Translations under genes and position numbers: made by a program
The notes under the pieces: model-generated
What the model was told of the DNA's origin: nothing
The model's input: only the letters and a program-made list of their open reading frames with translations
Database searches by the model: none
IMG/VR virus record: IMGVR_UViG_3300020413_001600
Location: 1-34,937 of that record
DNA: 34,937 nt
Strand: one strand, 5' to 3'
From: a virus
Taxonomy: Duplodnaviria > Caudoviricetes
In this document: positions 9,263-17,141 of the stretch, piece by piece
Numbering within the stretch: the first letter of the stretch is position 1
Layout: each line of letters opens with the position of its first letter

Positions 9263-9769
9263 ATGAGAGTCCCTTACACCAATTTCAAAACATTTGTCGA
9301 CGACGAATGGAAAGAGATTGACACAGAGGAAATTTTTTCCGATAAGAAAGTAATAGTGTTTGGAGTTACTGGTGCGTTCACTCCGGAAAGTGACAAGCAA
9401 CTTCAAGGATATGAAAATGCATACAATGATCTAAAAAAATCTGGCATAGATGAAGTTTTTTGCACGTCTGTGAATGATACATTCGTAATGAATGCATGGT
9501 TTAGATCGCTGGGAATAAAACAAGTGAAGCCTTTAGCCGACGGTGAAGGTGTTTTTGCACAGGGAATGGGTATGCTTGTTAACAAACCTAAACAAGGATT
9601 TGGTATGCGATCTTGGAGATACAGTGGAATTATAGAAAACTGTGATTTGAAACATGTGATAGAAGAGCAAGGCAAGAACAACTCAAGTGATGACAACGAC
9701 CAAGTTGCAAGATCAGGTGTAGAAGCCATGTTGAAACTCGTCATGAGAAGCAGTCAAAAGAGATATTGA
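9263..9769 (+). CDS. Peroxiredoxin-like paralogue lacking the peroxidatic Cys
   Basis: VTGAFTPESD in place of LPGAFTPTCS; retains SVNDTFVMNAW, ADGEG, RSWRY. Confidence 0.85.
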   Translation: MRVPYTNFKTFVDDEWKEIDTEEIFSDKKVIVFGVTGAFTPESDKQLQGYENAYNDLKKSGIDEVFCTSVNDTFVMNAWFRSLGIKQVKPLADGEGVFAQGMGMLVNKPKQGFGMRSWRYSGIIENCDLKHVIEEQGKNNSSDDNDQVARSGVEAMLKLVMRSSQKRY

Positions 9770-9996
9770 TGACAAACAAAAAAGTACACGAACATGGATT
9801 TGTAGAAGCAAAAACTTCCGGTGGTGCCGTATACGAGCTTGGAGTAAAAACATCTAAATACGACAAGGCTTTGAGGAGATTAGCTCAGCCACTAATGGAC
9901 AAATATTGGAAGGATACTGGACAAAGTGTCACAACACTCCACCGAGTGTACAATGTAGCAAGATATCTTTTAAAAAGATCTCAAAGGCCTAGATGA
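9766..9996 (+). CDS. Hypothetical protein
   Basis: 76 aa ORF coupled to both neighbours by overlaps. Confidence 0.65.
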   Translation: MMTNKKVHEHGFVEAKTSGGAVYELGVKTSKYDKALRRLAQPLMDKYWKDTGQSVTTLHRVYNVARYLLKRSQRPR

Positions 9997-10172
9997 ACAC
10001 AATATTTTTTGATTTTGAGCCCGGCGACAGAGTAAAAAACCCAAAAGCACCAGATTGGGGAATCGGCCAAGTTCAGTCGATCATTAAAAACAGAGTCACC
10101 GTAAATTTTGAAAATGCTGGAAAAAAAACAGTGGACGGTTCGGTAATAGATTTGGAGAGGATTTATGTATAA
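9993..10172 (+). CDS. DUF3553-like small SH3/Tudor-like protein (59 aa, not in ORF track)
   Basis: MNTIFFDFEPGDRVKNPKAPDWGIGQVQSIIKNRVTVNFENAGKKTVDGSVIDLERIYV; WGxGQVQS...VTVNFENAGK pattern. Confidence 0.75.
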   Translation: MNTIFFDFEPGDRVKNPKAPDWGIGQVQSIIKNRVTVNFENAGKKTVDGSVIDLERIYV

Positions 10173-10485
10173 ACCATTGCCCGACGGCTTAACAATAAAA
10201 GAATCTGGTCTACAAGGTCTCGGTCTATTTGCAACTAAAGATTTTGACGAAGATGTAGTGTTGGGTATTGTGCATATTCTAAACAAAAATTTTCCACATG
10301 GAAGTATTAGAACAGCACTTGGAGCCTTTTACAATCATTCAGATACTCCAAATTGTAAAAACGTGGCAGGCTTTTGGCATCAATTACCAGTAAAATACCT
10401 AATTACAACAAAACCAATTAAGAAAGGAGAAGAACTAACAGCCGCCTATACTTTATACAAAGATTTTAATGACAAATGGGAATAG
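10165..10485 (+). CDS. SET domain protein (putative lysine methyltransferase)
   Basis: GLGLFA, YNHSDTPNC, IKKGEELTAAY. Confidence 0.85.
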   Translation: MYKPLPDGLTIKESGLQGLGLFATKDFDEDVVLGIVHILNKNFPHGSIRTALGAFYNHSDTPNCKNVAGFWHQLPVKYLITTKPIKKGEELTAAYTLYKDFNDKWE

Positions 10486-10497
10486 ATCTGTTATACT
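10469..10497 (+). promoter_or_regulatory. Extended -10 sigma70 promoter (leaderless) for the GT-galE-folE-guaC-PRT run
   Basis: ATGACA, 17 nt, TGtTATACT (-10 at 10492-10497); ATG at 10504. Confidence 0.7.
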
Positions 10498-10503
10498 GAC
10501 ACT

Positions 10504-11670
10504 ATGAAAATTTTTTACATGGGACTTGAATCTTATCAAGCAAGATACACGTATCAATTAACAGATTGGACAAAACGTGCATATGATAAACGTAAAGTGA
10601 AATACGAAATTGTTCCGGGCGACACAATAGATGATTCCGAAGCAATAGTGACAGGGCAAGTGTTGGACGCACATGGCCGAAGTTATTTTGCTATGAGCCA
10701 GATGATGAACCTTGTCAAGATGCTAAAGGCAGGAGAGATAACAAGCAACGACGCAATATTTTTTGAAGACATGTTCCAACCAGGAATGGAATCACTTCCT
10801 TATATACTGCAACAAACTCCAGAGAAGTATAGACCAATAATTTATCTTAGATGCTTGGCACAGGCCATTGACCCGGATGACTTCGTGCATGTATGGGGCA
10901 TGAGCAAATGGATGAGCCTATACGAACAGATGTGTAACGAGATTCCAAATGTTGTGATCCTGGCCAGCAATGAAGAAATGGTCGCAAACATGAGGATAGC
11001 AAATTGGAAGGCACCAATATACAACGTATCAGGATTGAGCTTCGGTAAAGAAGAAGTGCAAGGAAGAGTAGAACAAAAGACATTCATAGAAAGAAAACAG
11101 AGAGTAGTTTTTGGTGCAAGATGGGATCAAGAAAAACAGCCACAGTTCTTTATGGACTTGGCACAGAAGTTTAGAGAAACACATCCAGATGTAGAATTTG
11201 CAATATGTCAAGGAGGGCCATTAAGATCAAATAACAAATACTATGTTGACGAAGCAAAACATCTAGCAAAAGAAGGTGTGCTTACAATACATGAAAATTT
11301 AAAGAAAAATGAATACTATAAGATACTTGCAGATTCAAGAGTGCTTTTTAACTGTGCTCTGCAGGATTGGACAAGTAACACAGTCAGTGAAGCAGATGCA
11401 CTAGGTTGCAATGTTCTGTTTCCGGCATACAGATCATTTCCAGAAGTATTTGCTAATGACCATACAAGATTATATGTTCCATGGTCGCAAGAAGATGCAA
11501 TGGATAAGTTAGAATTATTAATGAGTAAACCATCCCCTAGTATGGGTCAAATATCCGATTGGACCAACGGCACAATCGACAGGATGTTGGACATCATGAC
11601 AGGCAAGGGCGAACAATGGAGAAGAGATGGATCCCACTACAGGACACCAGTATCAGAGTCCAAATATTAA
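10504..11670 (+). CDS. GT-B fold glycosyltransferase (GT4-like)
   Basis: C-terminal Rossmann motifs VVFGARWDQEKQP, LFNCALQDWTSNTVSEADALGC, YRSFPEV. Confidence 0.8.
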   Translation: MKIFYMGLESYQARYTYQLTDWTKRAYDKRKVKYEIVPGDTIDDSEAIVTGQVLDAHGRSYFAMSQMMNLVKMLKAGEITSNDAIFFEDMFQPGMESLPYILQQTPEKYRPIIYLRCLAQAIDPDDFVHVWGMSKWMSLYEQMCNEIPNVVILASNEEMVANMRIANWKAPIYNVSGLSFGKEEVQGRVEQKTFIERKQRVVFGARWDQEKQPQFFMDLAQKFRETHPDVEFAICQGGPLRSNNKYYVDEAKHLAKEGVLTIHENLKKNEYYKILADSRVLFNCALQDWTSNTVSEADALGCNVLFPAYRSFPEVFANDHTRLYVPWSQEDAMDKLELLMSKPSPSMGQISDWTNGTIDRMLDIMTGKGEQWRRDGSHYRTPVSESKY

Positions 11671-12658
11671 AAGCGTAACCAAAGCAGTATTGGTCACCGG
11701 TGGTGCAGGCTATGTTGGCTCGCACACTTGTAAATTACTTGCCAAAAACGGATACCTACCAATCACAGTGGATAGGCACTTCAGAGAAGGCTTGGTGTCA
11801 TACGGACCAACCCACAACTACACTCTGCCACAAGAAGTAGACAGACTTGATGAGATCATAAAGCGATACAACATATCCAGTTGCATCCATTTTGCAGGCA
11901 GTACCAGTGTGCCAGAAAGTGTTGAAAATCCTTCACTATACTACAAAAACAATTTTGTGGTCACTCTTTCTCTTTTAGACAAATTGATAAGTTGTGGAGT
12001 GAAAACATTTGTGTATAGTTCTAGTGCCGCCACATATGGTGATCCAGGTCTAAATAAGTGCAAGGAAACAGATGTTCCAAGACCGATCAGTGCGTATGGA
12101 GGTAGCAAGTTGATGATGGAGATGTTGTGTAAGGATTACATGACCGCGTACGGATTGTCGAGTGTTGGACTTAGGTATTTCAATGCCGCTGGCGCAGATC
12201 CTGAAGCAGAGATAGGTGAGTTGCGTGACAAGGAAACACACATAGTACCATTGGCAATAAATGCCGCCAGACAAGGCAACACGTTTAAAATATTTGGAGA
12301 CAAGTATCCAACGGAGGACGGCACGTGTGTTAGGGATTATGTCCACGTGATGGACCTTGCAGATGCACACATCAAGGCATTGAATTACGCTTCAGAGAAT
12401 TTGACATCTGAAGTTTTTAATCTTGGTTCAGGTGCTCCTGCTTCAAACAAACAGTTGGTAGAAACCATACAAAAATACACAGGTAAAATGAACATTGAAA
12501 TATGGGGAAACAGGCCAGGAGACCCAGCGTATCTCGTGGCAGACATAGAAAAAGCCAAGGAGATATTACAGTGGGAACCAACACAAAGTTCAATTGACAA
12601 TGTGGTGGCAACTGCTGTAAAATGGTACAACAAGACGCACAAAAAGGAAATACAGTAA
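11627..12658 (+). CDS. galE: UDP-glucose 4-epimerase
   Basis: VTGGAGYVGSH, SSSAATYG, YGGSK, RYFNAAGA, DGTCVRDYVHV; start position uncertain. Confidence 0.9.
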   Translation: MDPTTGHQYQSPNIKSVTKAVLVTGGAGYVGSHTCKLLAKNGYLPITVDRHFREGLVSYGPTHNYTLPQEVDRLDEIIKRYNISSCIHFAGSTSVPESVENPSLYYKNNFVVTLSLLDKLISCGVKTFVYSSSAATYGDPGLNKCKETDVPRPISAYGGSKLMMEMLCKDYMTAYGLSSVGLRYFNAAGADPEAEIGELRDKETHIVPLAINAARQGNTFKIFGDKYPTEDGTCVRDYVHVMDLADAHIKALNYASENLTSEVFNLGSGAPASNKQLVETIQKYTGKMNIEIWGNRPGDPAYLVADIEKAKEILQWEPTQSSIDNVVATAVKWYNKTHKKEIQ

Positions 12659-13371
12659 TGAGTGAAGATATCTTGAAAGACAGTTGGGTACCAGAAGGAC
12701 CTGTTAGTAAAATTATAAAAGAAAGAATTAAAAAGGCCGGAAAAAGATTCCATTCTAATGACAACATATCAGAATTTATAGAGGATGGTGAGATGGATCA
12801 ATTACAGGCAGAGGTACAAGAAAAATTACAAGGTGTGCTAGACAGTCTTGTTATTGACACCGAGAACGATCACAACACGCAGGAGACTGCAAAACGTGTT
12901 GCAAAGATGTACATCAGAGAAACATTTGGTGGCAGATTTAAACCAGCACCGAGGGTAACAAGTTTCCCTAACATGGGCTACAAGAGTATGTACACCAGTG
13001 GTCCAATATCAATTAGATCAACGTGTGCCCATCACTTCCAGAACATTGTCGGCAAGGCATGGGTAGGTATAATTCCAAACGGAGAAGTGATTGGATTAAG
13101 CAAGTTCAACAGGATAGTGCATCACATTGTTGAGAGGCCACAGATACAGGAAGAGATGACAACGCAGATTGCGGATGAACTGAAAAAATACGCCAAGACT
13201 GAAAATCTTGCAGTTGTGGTAAAAGCAGAACATCACTGCATGACACACAGAGGTGTTAGAGAACATGAGTCAGACATGACAACTGCAATAATGCTAGGGG
13301 CATTCAAAGATGACCCAGCAACCAGAGATGAATTTTACAAAATTTGCATGAGCATGAAAGGACACGGATAA
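12658..13371 (+). CDS. folE: GTP cyclohydrolase I
   Basis: ETAKRVAKMY, STCAHHF, GLSKFNRIV, PQIQEEMT, HHCMTHRG; TAATG coupling to galE. Confidence 0.93.
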   Translation: MSEDILKDSWVPEGPVSKIIKERIKKAGKRFHSNDNISEFIEDGEMDQLQAEVQEKLQGVLDSLVIDTENDHNTQETAKRVAKMYIRETFGGRFKPAPRVTSFPNMGYKSMYTSGPISIRSTCAHHFQNIVGKAWVGIIPNGEVIGLSKFNRIVHHIVERPQIQEEMTTQIADELKKYAKTENLAVVVKAEHHCMTHRGVREHESDMTTAIMLGAFKDDPATRDEFYKICMSMKGHG

Positions 13372-13607
13372 TGACAGAGTTTACACATGGCATCCAAGGT
13401 GCGGTAAAAAAATTAATTACTGGATCTAGCGTGGGACTTGCTATAATTTACACCTTAGGTCATATTGCCATTGCAATGACCGTTGTAAGTGTAATGACTG
13501 GTGCAAGTTTATGGGAGGCCGGAGCAGTGGCATTGATCGAACCTAGTATTAATGGTGTATGGTTTTATCTGTTGCACTCAGCTTGGAAAAAGTACAAGGG
13601 TATATAA
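13371..13607 (+). CDS. Small membrane protein, DUF2061-like
   Basis: Two TM helices; ALIEPSINGVWFYLLHSAW pattern; TAATG coupling. Confidence 0.6.
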   Translation: MTEFTHGIQGAVKKLITGSSVGLAIIYTLGHIAIAMTVVSVMTGASLWEAGAVALIEPSINGVWFYLLHSAWKKYKGI

Positions 13608-13879
13608 TGTCAAAAAAAAGTGAAAAGGAAAAACAAGCACAGATGCAATCAGACGCCATTGAAATGGATAAATTTAGTCAAGGAGTGACATACGGAGGAA
13701 GTTTTGAAATGGAAAACGGAATGAGTGACATGACATACTCATTTGGTGACCTCGGGCAACTAGATTTATTTTCAGAGGAAGAGCTTCGGGAAAAATATCC
13801 AGCACTGAGACAGGCATGGGAACATTATCAAAGTGTATTAGAAGTATGCAAAACAAAGGAAAATGAAGATGCGGATTAA
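13607..13879 (+). CDS. Hypothetical protein
   Basis: TAATG coupling; LREKYPALRQAWEHYQ. Confidence 0.65.
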   Translation: MSKKSEKEKQAQMQSDAIEMDKFSQGVTYGGSFEMENGMSDMTYSFGDLGQLDLFSEEELREKYPALRQAWEHYQSVLEVCKTKENEDAD

Positions 13880-14921
13880 CACTGAACCAAAATTAAATTT
13901 TGAAGATGTTTTACTACAGCCTAAACGTAGCACACTGTCAAGCAGAAGAGATGTAGACATGACTAGAAAATTTACATTTAGAAATTCAGGCAAGGTGATG
14001 GACTTCCTACCAATATTTGCAAGTAACATGGATGGAGTTGGAACTTTTTCTATGGCAAAAGAAATGCAAAAGCACAAAATGATGACTGTAATTACAAAGA
14101 CAACTACAGCAGAGCAATGGAAAGCGGCCGCAGGCACAGGATTAAGAATGCAGTCAGTATCTGTGTGTACAGGAACAAATGTAATGTGGGATCCTGAAGC
14201 ACCTGATTGGGCAACCATGACGAAGGTTTTAGAAATGTTTCCAGACGTAAAAATGATCACAGTAGATGTCGCAAACGCATATCATCAGAACATGGTTGAT
14301 TTTATTAAAAAGATAAGAGACAAATATTCAGATAAGGTAATCATAGCAGGTAATGTAGTAACGCCAGAAATGACAGAAGAATTAATTATAAACGGTGCTG
14401 ACGTGGTCAAGATAGGTATAGGACCAGGATCCGTATGCACCACAAGAACAATGACTGGTGTTGGTGTCCCGCAGTTTTCAGCAATAGTTGACTGCTCCGA
14501 TGCCGCAAATGGCGTTGGGGGACATATCATGGCAGATGGTGGTTGTGTCCACCCTGGAGACATAGCCAAAGCATTTGGTGGCGGTGCCCACATGGTGATG
14601 ATAGGCGGAATGCTGGCAGGACACGATGAATCGGAACAACCAGTGGTGAATGGTAAAATAGAATTTTATGGCATGAGTTCAGACAGAGCAAGAGAGAAGC
14701 ATGGCAAACGTAAGGATGGTTACAGAGGAAATGAGGGGAGGCTGATATCTTTACCACACAGGGGACCTGTTGAACCAACTCTAGAGGACATACTGGGTGG
14801 AGTGAGAAGTGCTTGTACCTACATAGGTGCCAGACGATTGAAAGACATGGCCAAGTGTGCAAGTTTTGTGACAACAAATAACGTAATCAACAGGGTATAT
14901 GAAAAATACACTACCGGTTAG
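13869..14921 (+). CDS. guaC: GMP reductase
   Basis: KLNFEDVLLQPKRSTLSSR, DVANAY, GIGPGSVCTTR, ADGG, GGMLAGHDE, FYGMSS, GGVRSACTYIGA; no CBS domains. Confidence 0.92.
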   Translation: MRINTEPKLNFEDVLLQPKRSTLSSRRDVDMTRKFTFRNSGKVMDFLPIFASNMDGVGTFSMAKEMQKHKMMTVITKTTTAEQWKAAAGTGLRMQSVSVCTGTNVMWDPEAPDWATMTKVLEMFPDVKMITVDVANAYHQNMVDFIKKIRDKYSDKVIIAGNVVTPEMTEELIINGADVVKIGIGPGSVCTTRTMTGVGVPQFSAIVDCSDAANGVGGHIMADGGCVHPGDIAKAFGGGAHMVMIGGMLAGHDESEQPVVNGKIEFYGMSSDRAREKHGKRKDGYRGNEGRLISLPHRGPVEPTLEDILGGVRSACTYIGARRLKDMAKCASFVTTNNVINRVYEKYTTG

Positions 14922-15144
14922 GAAGCCTTATCAAGCATTGGCATGGTTTGGCACAATAGCACTGATAGTAGGTGCGACTATGACAGCACTGAACATATAT
15001 CCGTTGAATGTGTATGTGTGTGTATTAGCAAACGGTTTATGGCTATGGTGCGGATGGCTGTGGCGTGAACCAAGTGTGATAGGTTTGAACTTTGCAATGA
15101 CCATCATATACGTGGCAGGAACAATTAATGTATTTTTAAAATGA
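14899..15144 (+). CDS. Small 3-TM membrane protein (paralogue of the next gene)
   Basis: W...LIV...YPLN...W...W.EPS..GLN...IY..G..N pattern. Confidence 0.7.
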   Translation: MKNTLPVRKPYQALAWFGTIALIVGATMTALNIYPLNVYVCVLANGLWLWCGWLWREPSVIGLNFAMTIIYVAGTINVFLK

Positions 15145-15455
15145 CAATAGAACCAATAAAAGAAAAACTAGATGATAAAATAAAAGCACTCAACTCCTCA
15201 AGGGTATACAAGAAGGTAACACCTCGTGGTGATCTGTCTTGGTACATCAAATGGGCAAGTAGTATTACACTTATTGTGGCAATGTTGTTCACATCTGCAA
15301 ACATGTTTCCTATTAATTTGTGGATCGCCAACATTGGATTCGTGGGCTGGCTGGTTGTTGGAATGTTATGGCATGATCGTAGTTTGATAGTTTTGAACTC
15401 TGTGTCGATAGCAATATATTCATTAGGAATTCTGAATCATTATTATGGATACTAA
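15141..15455 (+). CDS. Small 3-TM membrane protein
   Basis: KWASSITLIV...FPIN...WLVVGMLWHDRSLIVLN...IYSLGILN. Confidence 0.75.
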   Translation: MTIEPIKEKLDDKIKALNSSRVYKKVTPRGDLSWYIKWASSITLIVAMLFTSANMFPINLWIANIGFVGWLVVGMLWHDRSLIVLNSVSIAIYSLGILNHYYGY

Positions 15456-15903
15456 CAAAAGTTATTTCACCACAGGTCAAATGCGTAATGCATTGATCCA
15501 GATTGAGGACAAAATGGTGCATTCAAACTGGATGCCAAGTATCATACTTGGAATAAACAGAGGTGGATGCATACCTGGTGTTTATCTTTCACACAGACTC
15601 AACACTGCACATGAAGTTTTAGATATCAGGCTGAGGGATCATACCGCAAAGCCTGATCTACGTGTGTTGGAAAAAGCATTTGCGTTCCAAAAGAAAATAT
15701 TAATCATAGACGACATTAACGATTCTGGGGCAACGTTCCAATATATCTTAGATAATTTCGGTAAGCATGACGAGAGAATTAAATTTGCCGCACTGATCAA
15801 CAACAAACCATCAAAGGTAAAAGTAGATTACCACGGGTATGAGATCAACAAAGATGAAGTACCCGCATGGATAGTTTTTCCATGGGAGGAATGGGACAAA
15901 TAA
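15445..15903 (+). CDS. Type I phosphoribosyltransferase (xanthine/guanine PRT-like)
   Basis: ILGINRGG, PRPP-binding loop LIIDDINDSGAT, WIVFPWE terminus. Confidence 0.88.
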   Translation: MDTNKSYFTTGQMRNALIQIEDKMVHSNWMPSIILGINRGGCIPGVYLSHRLNTAHEVLDIRLRDHTAKPDLRVLEKAFAFQKKILIIDDINDSGATFQYILDNFGKHDERIKFAALINNKPSKVKVDYHGYEINKDEVPAWIVFPWEEWDK

Positions 15904-15906
15904 ATA
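15901..15906 (+). promoter_or_regulatory. TAAATA late-promoter-like motif
   Basis: TAAATA followed by 6 nt and then ATG 15913; no RBS; same geometry recurs at 21667. Confidence 0.45.
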
Positions 15907-15912
15907 TGTACA

Positions 15913-17079
15913 ATGTCAATAAAAAAAGATACATTCTGTGTAGCACCGTGGTACAGCATACACGTGGATTCGACAGGCAGACTTGCACCTTGTTGTAAGT
16001 TTGGTAAGTCATTACACTCCTACAACCACATCGAACAATATTTTGAATCGCCCGAACTTCTGCAGGTACGCCAAGACCTACTTAATGGTGTAAGGAATTC
16101 GAATTGTAGTAAATGCTGGAAAGATGAAGATAATGGTGCTGACAGCCTTAGATTAATTTCCAACAGAACAATAGGGCCTAACACAAACAGGCCGATAATG
16201 GAGCAAATCAAAGAACCAAAACTGTCAGATATAAAAAGTTTCGACTTGACCCTAGGAAATCTTTGTAACCTAAGATGTGTTATGTGTAACCCAGGACTCA
16301 GCAGTCAATTACTTGCAGAAGCAAATTTGAATCCTGCTTTGAAAAAAAGGTATGATAAAAATTATATACAAAAGGATTTCGACTGGCCTAAAGGTGACGA
16401 CTTCGTTGCTTGGTGTAATAAGCACTTACCACAGGCAATACACATTAAATTCACAGGAGGCGAGCCTTTTATCATTCCTTGGATACAGACAGTGCTTGAC
16501 AAAATTCCAGACGAGCAAAAGAAAAAATGTATCTTGCATTTTACCACAAACCTTACCATAGTTAACCTTGGACTGTTTGAAAACTTCACCAAGTTTAAAG
16601 AGGTGTGGTTGAGTGTGTCTGTTGAAGGAATAGAAGAGACACACGAATATCTAAGATACGGACATAAATGGGAAACACTTGAAACAAATATAAGGCTAAT
16701 ACAAGAAATGAAAATACCTAATTTAATATTTAAAGTCAACCATGTGGTCCAGACTGCAAGTTATCATTCTATCATACCGATGACAGAATACTTTGATCAA
16801 TTAAATATGGATATCCATCCAATATTACTTAAAAAACCTAAGCATCATCATATATCAGCGTTGACCAGAGGAACTAAAAAAAATTTCTTGAATGATACAG
16901 CAAAATACAAAGGCCGCAATAATAATTTTATAAATTTTGTAAGATCGGTGTCCGAATTACACATAGAGCAAGATACCGATCTGACCAGACTCTGCATAGA
17001 AGATCTATCAAGACTTGACAGGGTAAGGAACAATGATTACAGAAACATCATACCAGAACAAAACTTAAGGTTGTGTTGA
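15913..17079 (+). CDS. Radical SAM protein with N-terminal SPASM/twitch-like Cys motifs
   Basis: FCVAPW...PCC...CSKCW, CNLRCVMC, FTGGEP, FTTN. Confidence 0.88.
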   Translation: MSIKKDTFCVAPWYSIHVDSTGRLAPCCKFGKSLHSYNHIEQYFESPELLQVRQDLLNGVRNSNCSKCWKDEDNGADSLRLISNRTIGPNTNRPIMEQIKEPKLSDIKSFDLTLGNLCNLRCVMCNPGLSSQLLAEANLNPALKKRYDKNYIQKDFDWPKGDDFVAWCNKHLPQAIHIKFTGGEPFIIPWIQTVLDKIPDEQKKKCILHFTTNLTIVNLGLFENFTKFKEVWLSVSVEGIEETHEYLRYGHKWETLETNIRLIQEMKIPNLIFKVNHVVQTASYHSIIPMTEYFDQLNMDIHPILLKKPKHHHISALTRGTKKNFLNDTAKYKGRNNNFINFVRSVSELHIEQDTDLTRLCIEDLSRLDRVRNNDYRNIIPEQNLRLC

Positions 17080-17105
17080 CACAACTGCGGTAAACCAAGT
17101 AAAAT
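17070..17105 (+). promoter_or_regulatory. Sigma70 promoter with an overlapping palindrome upstream of the permease
   Basis: TTGACA (17076-17081), 18 nt, TAAAAT (17100-17105); GTTGTGT-TG-ACACAAC inverted repeat at 17070-17085. Confidence 0.6.
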
Positions 17106-17141
17106 TAACATACATTAATAAAAAACCTATAGGAGGATTTA

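Noticed and set aside
9361-9400. Possible selenocysteine TGA at the peroxiredoxin paralogue active site
   Set aside because: The TGA in 'aagtgac' is out of frame; the codons read GAA AGT GAC.
13869-14921. IMP dehydrogenase (guaB) call
   Set aside because: The N-terminal KRSTLSSR, DVANAY and GGVRSACTY motifs and the lack of CBS domains fit GuaC better.
17082-17141. Purine or preQ1 riboswitch upstream of the permease
   Set aside because: The leader after the promoter is only about 30 nt, A-rich, and has no aptamer stems.
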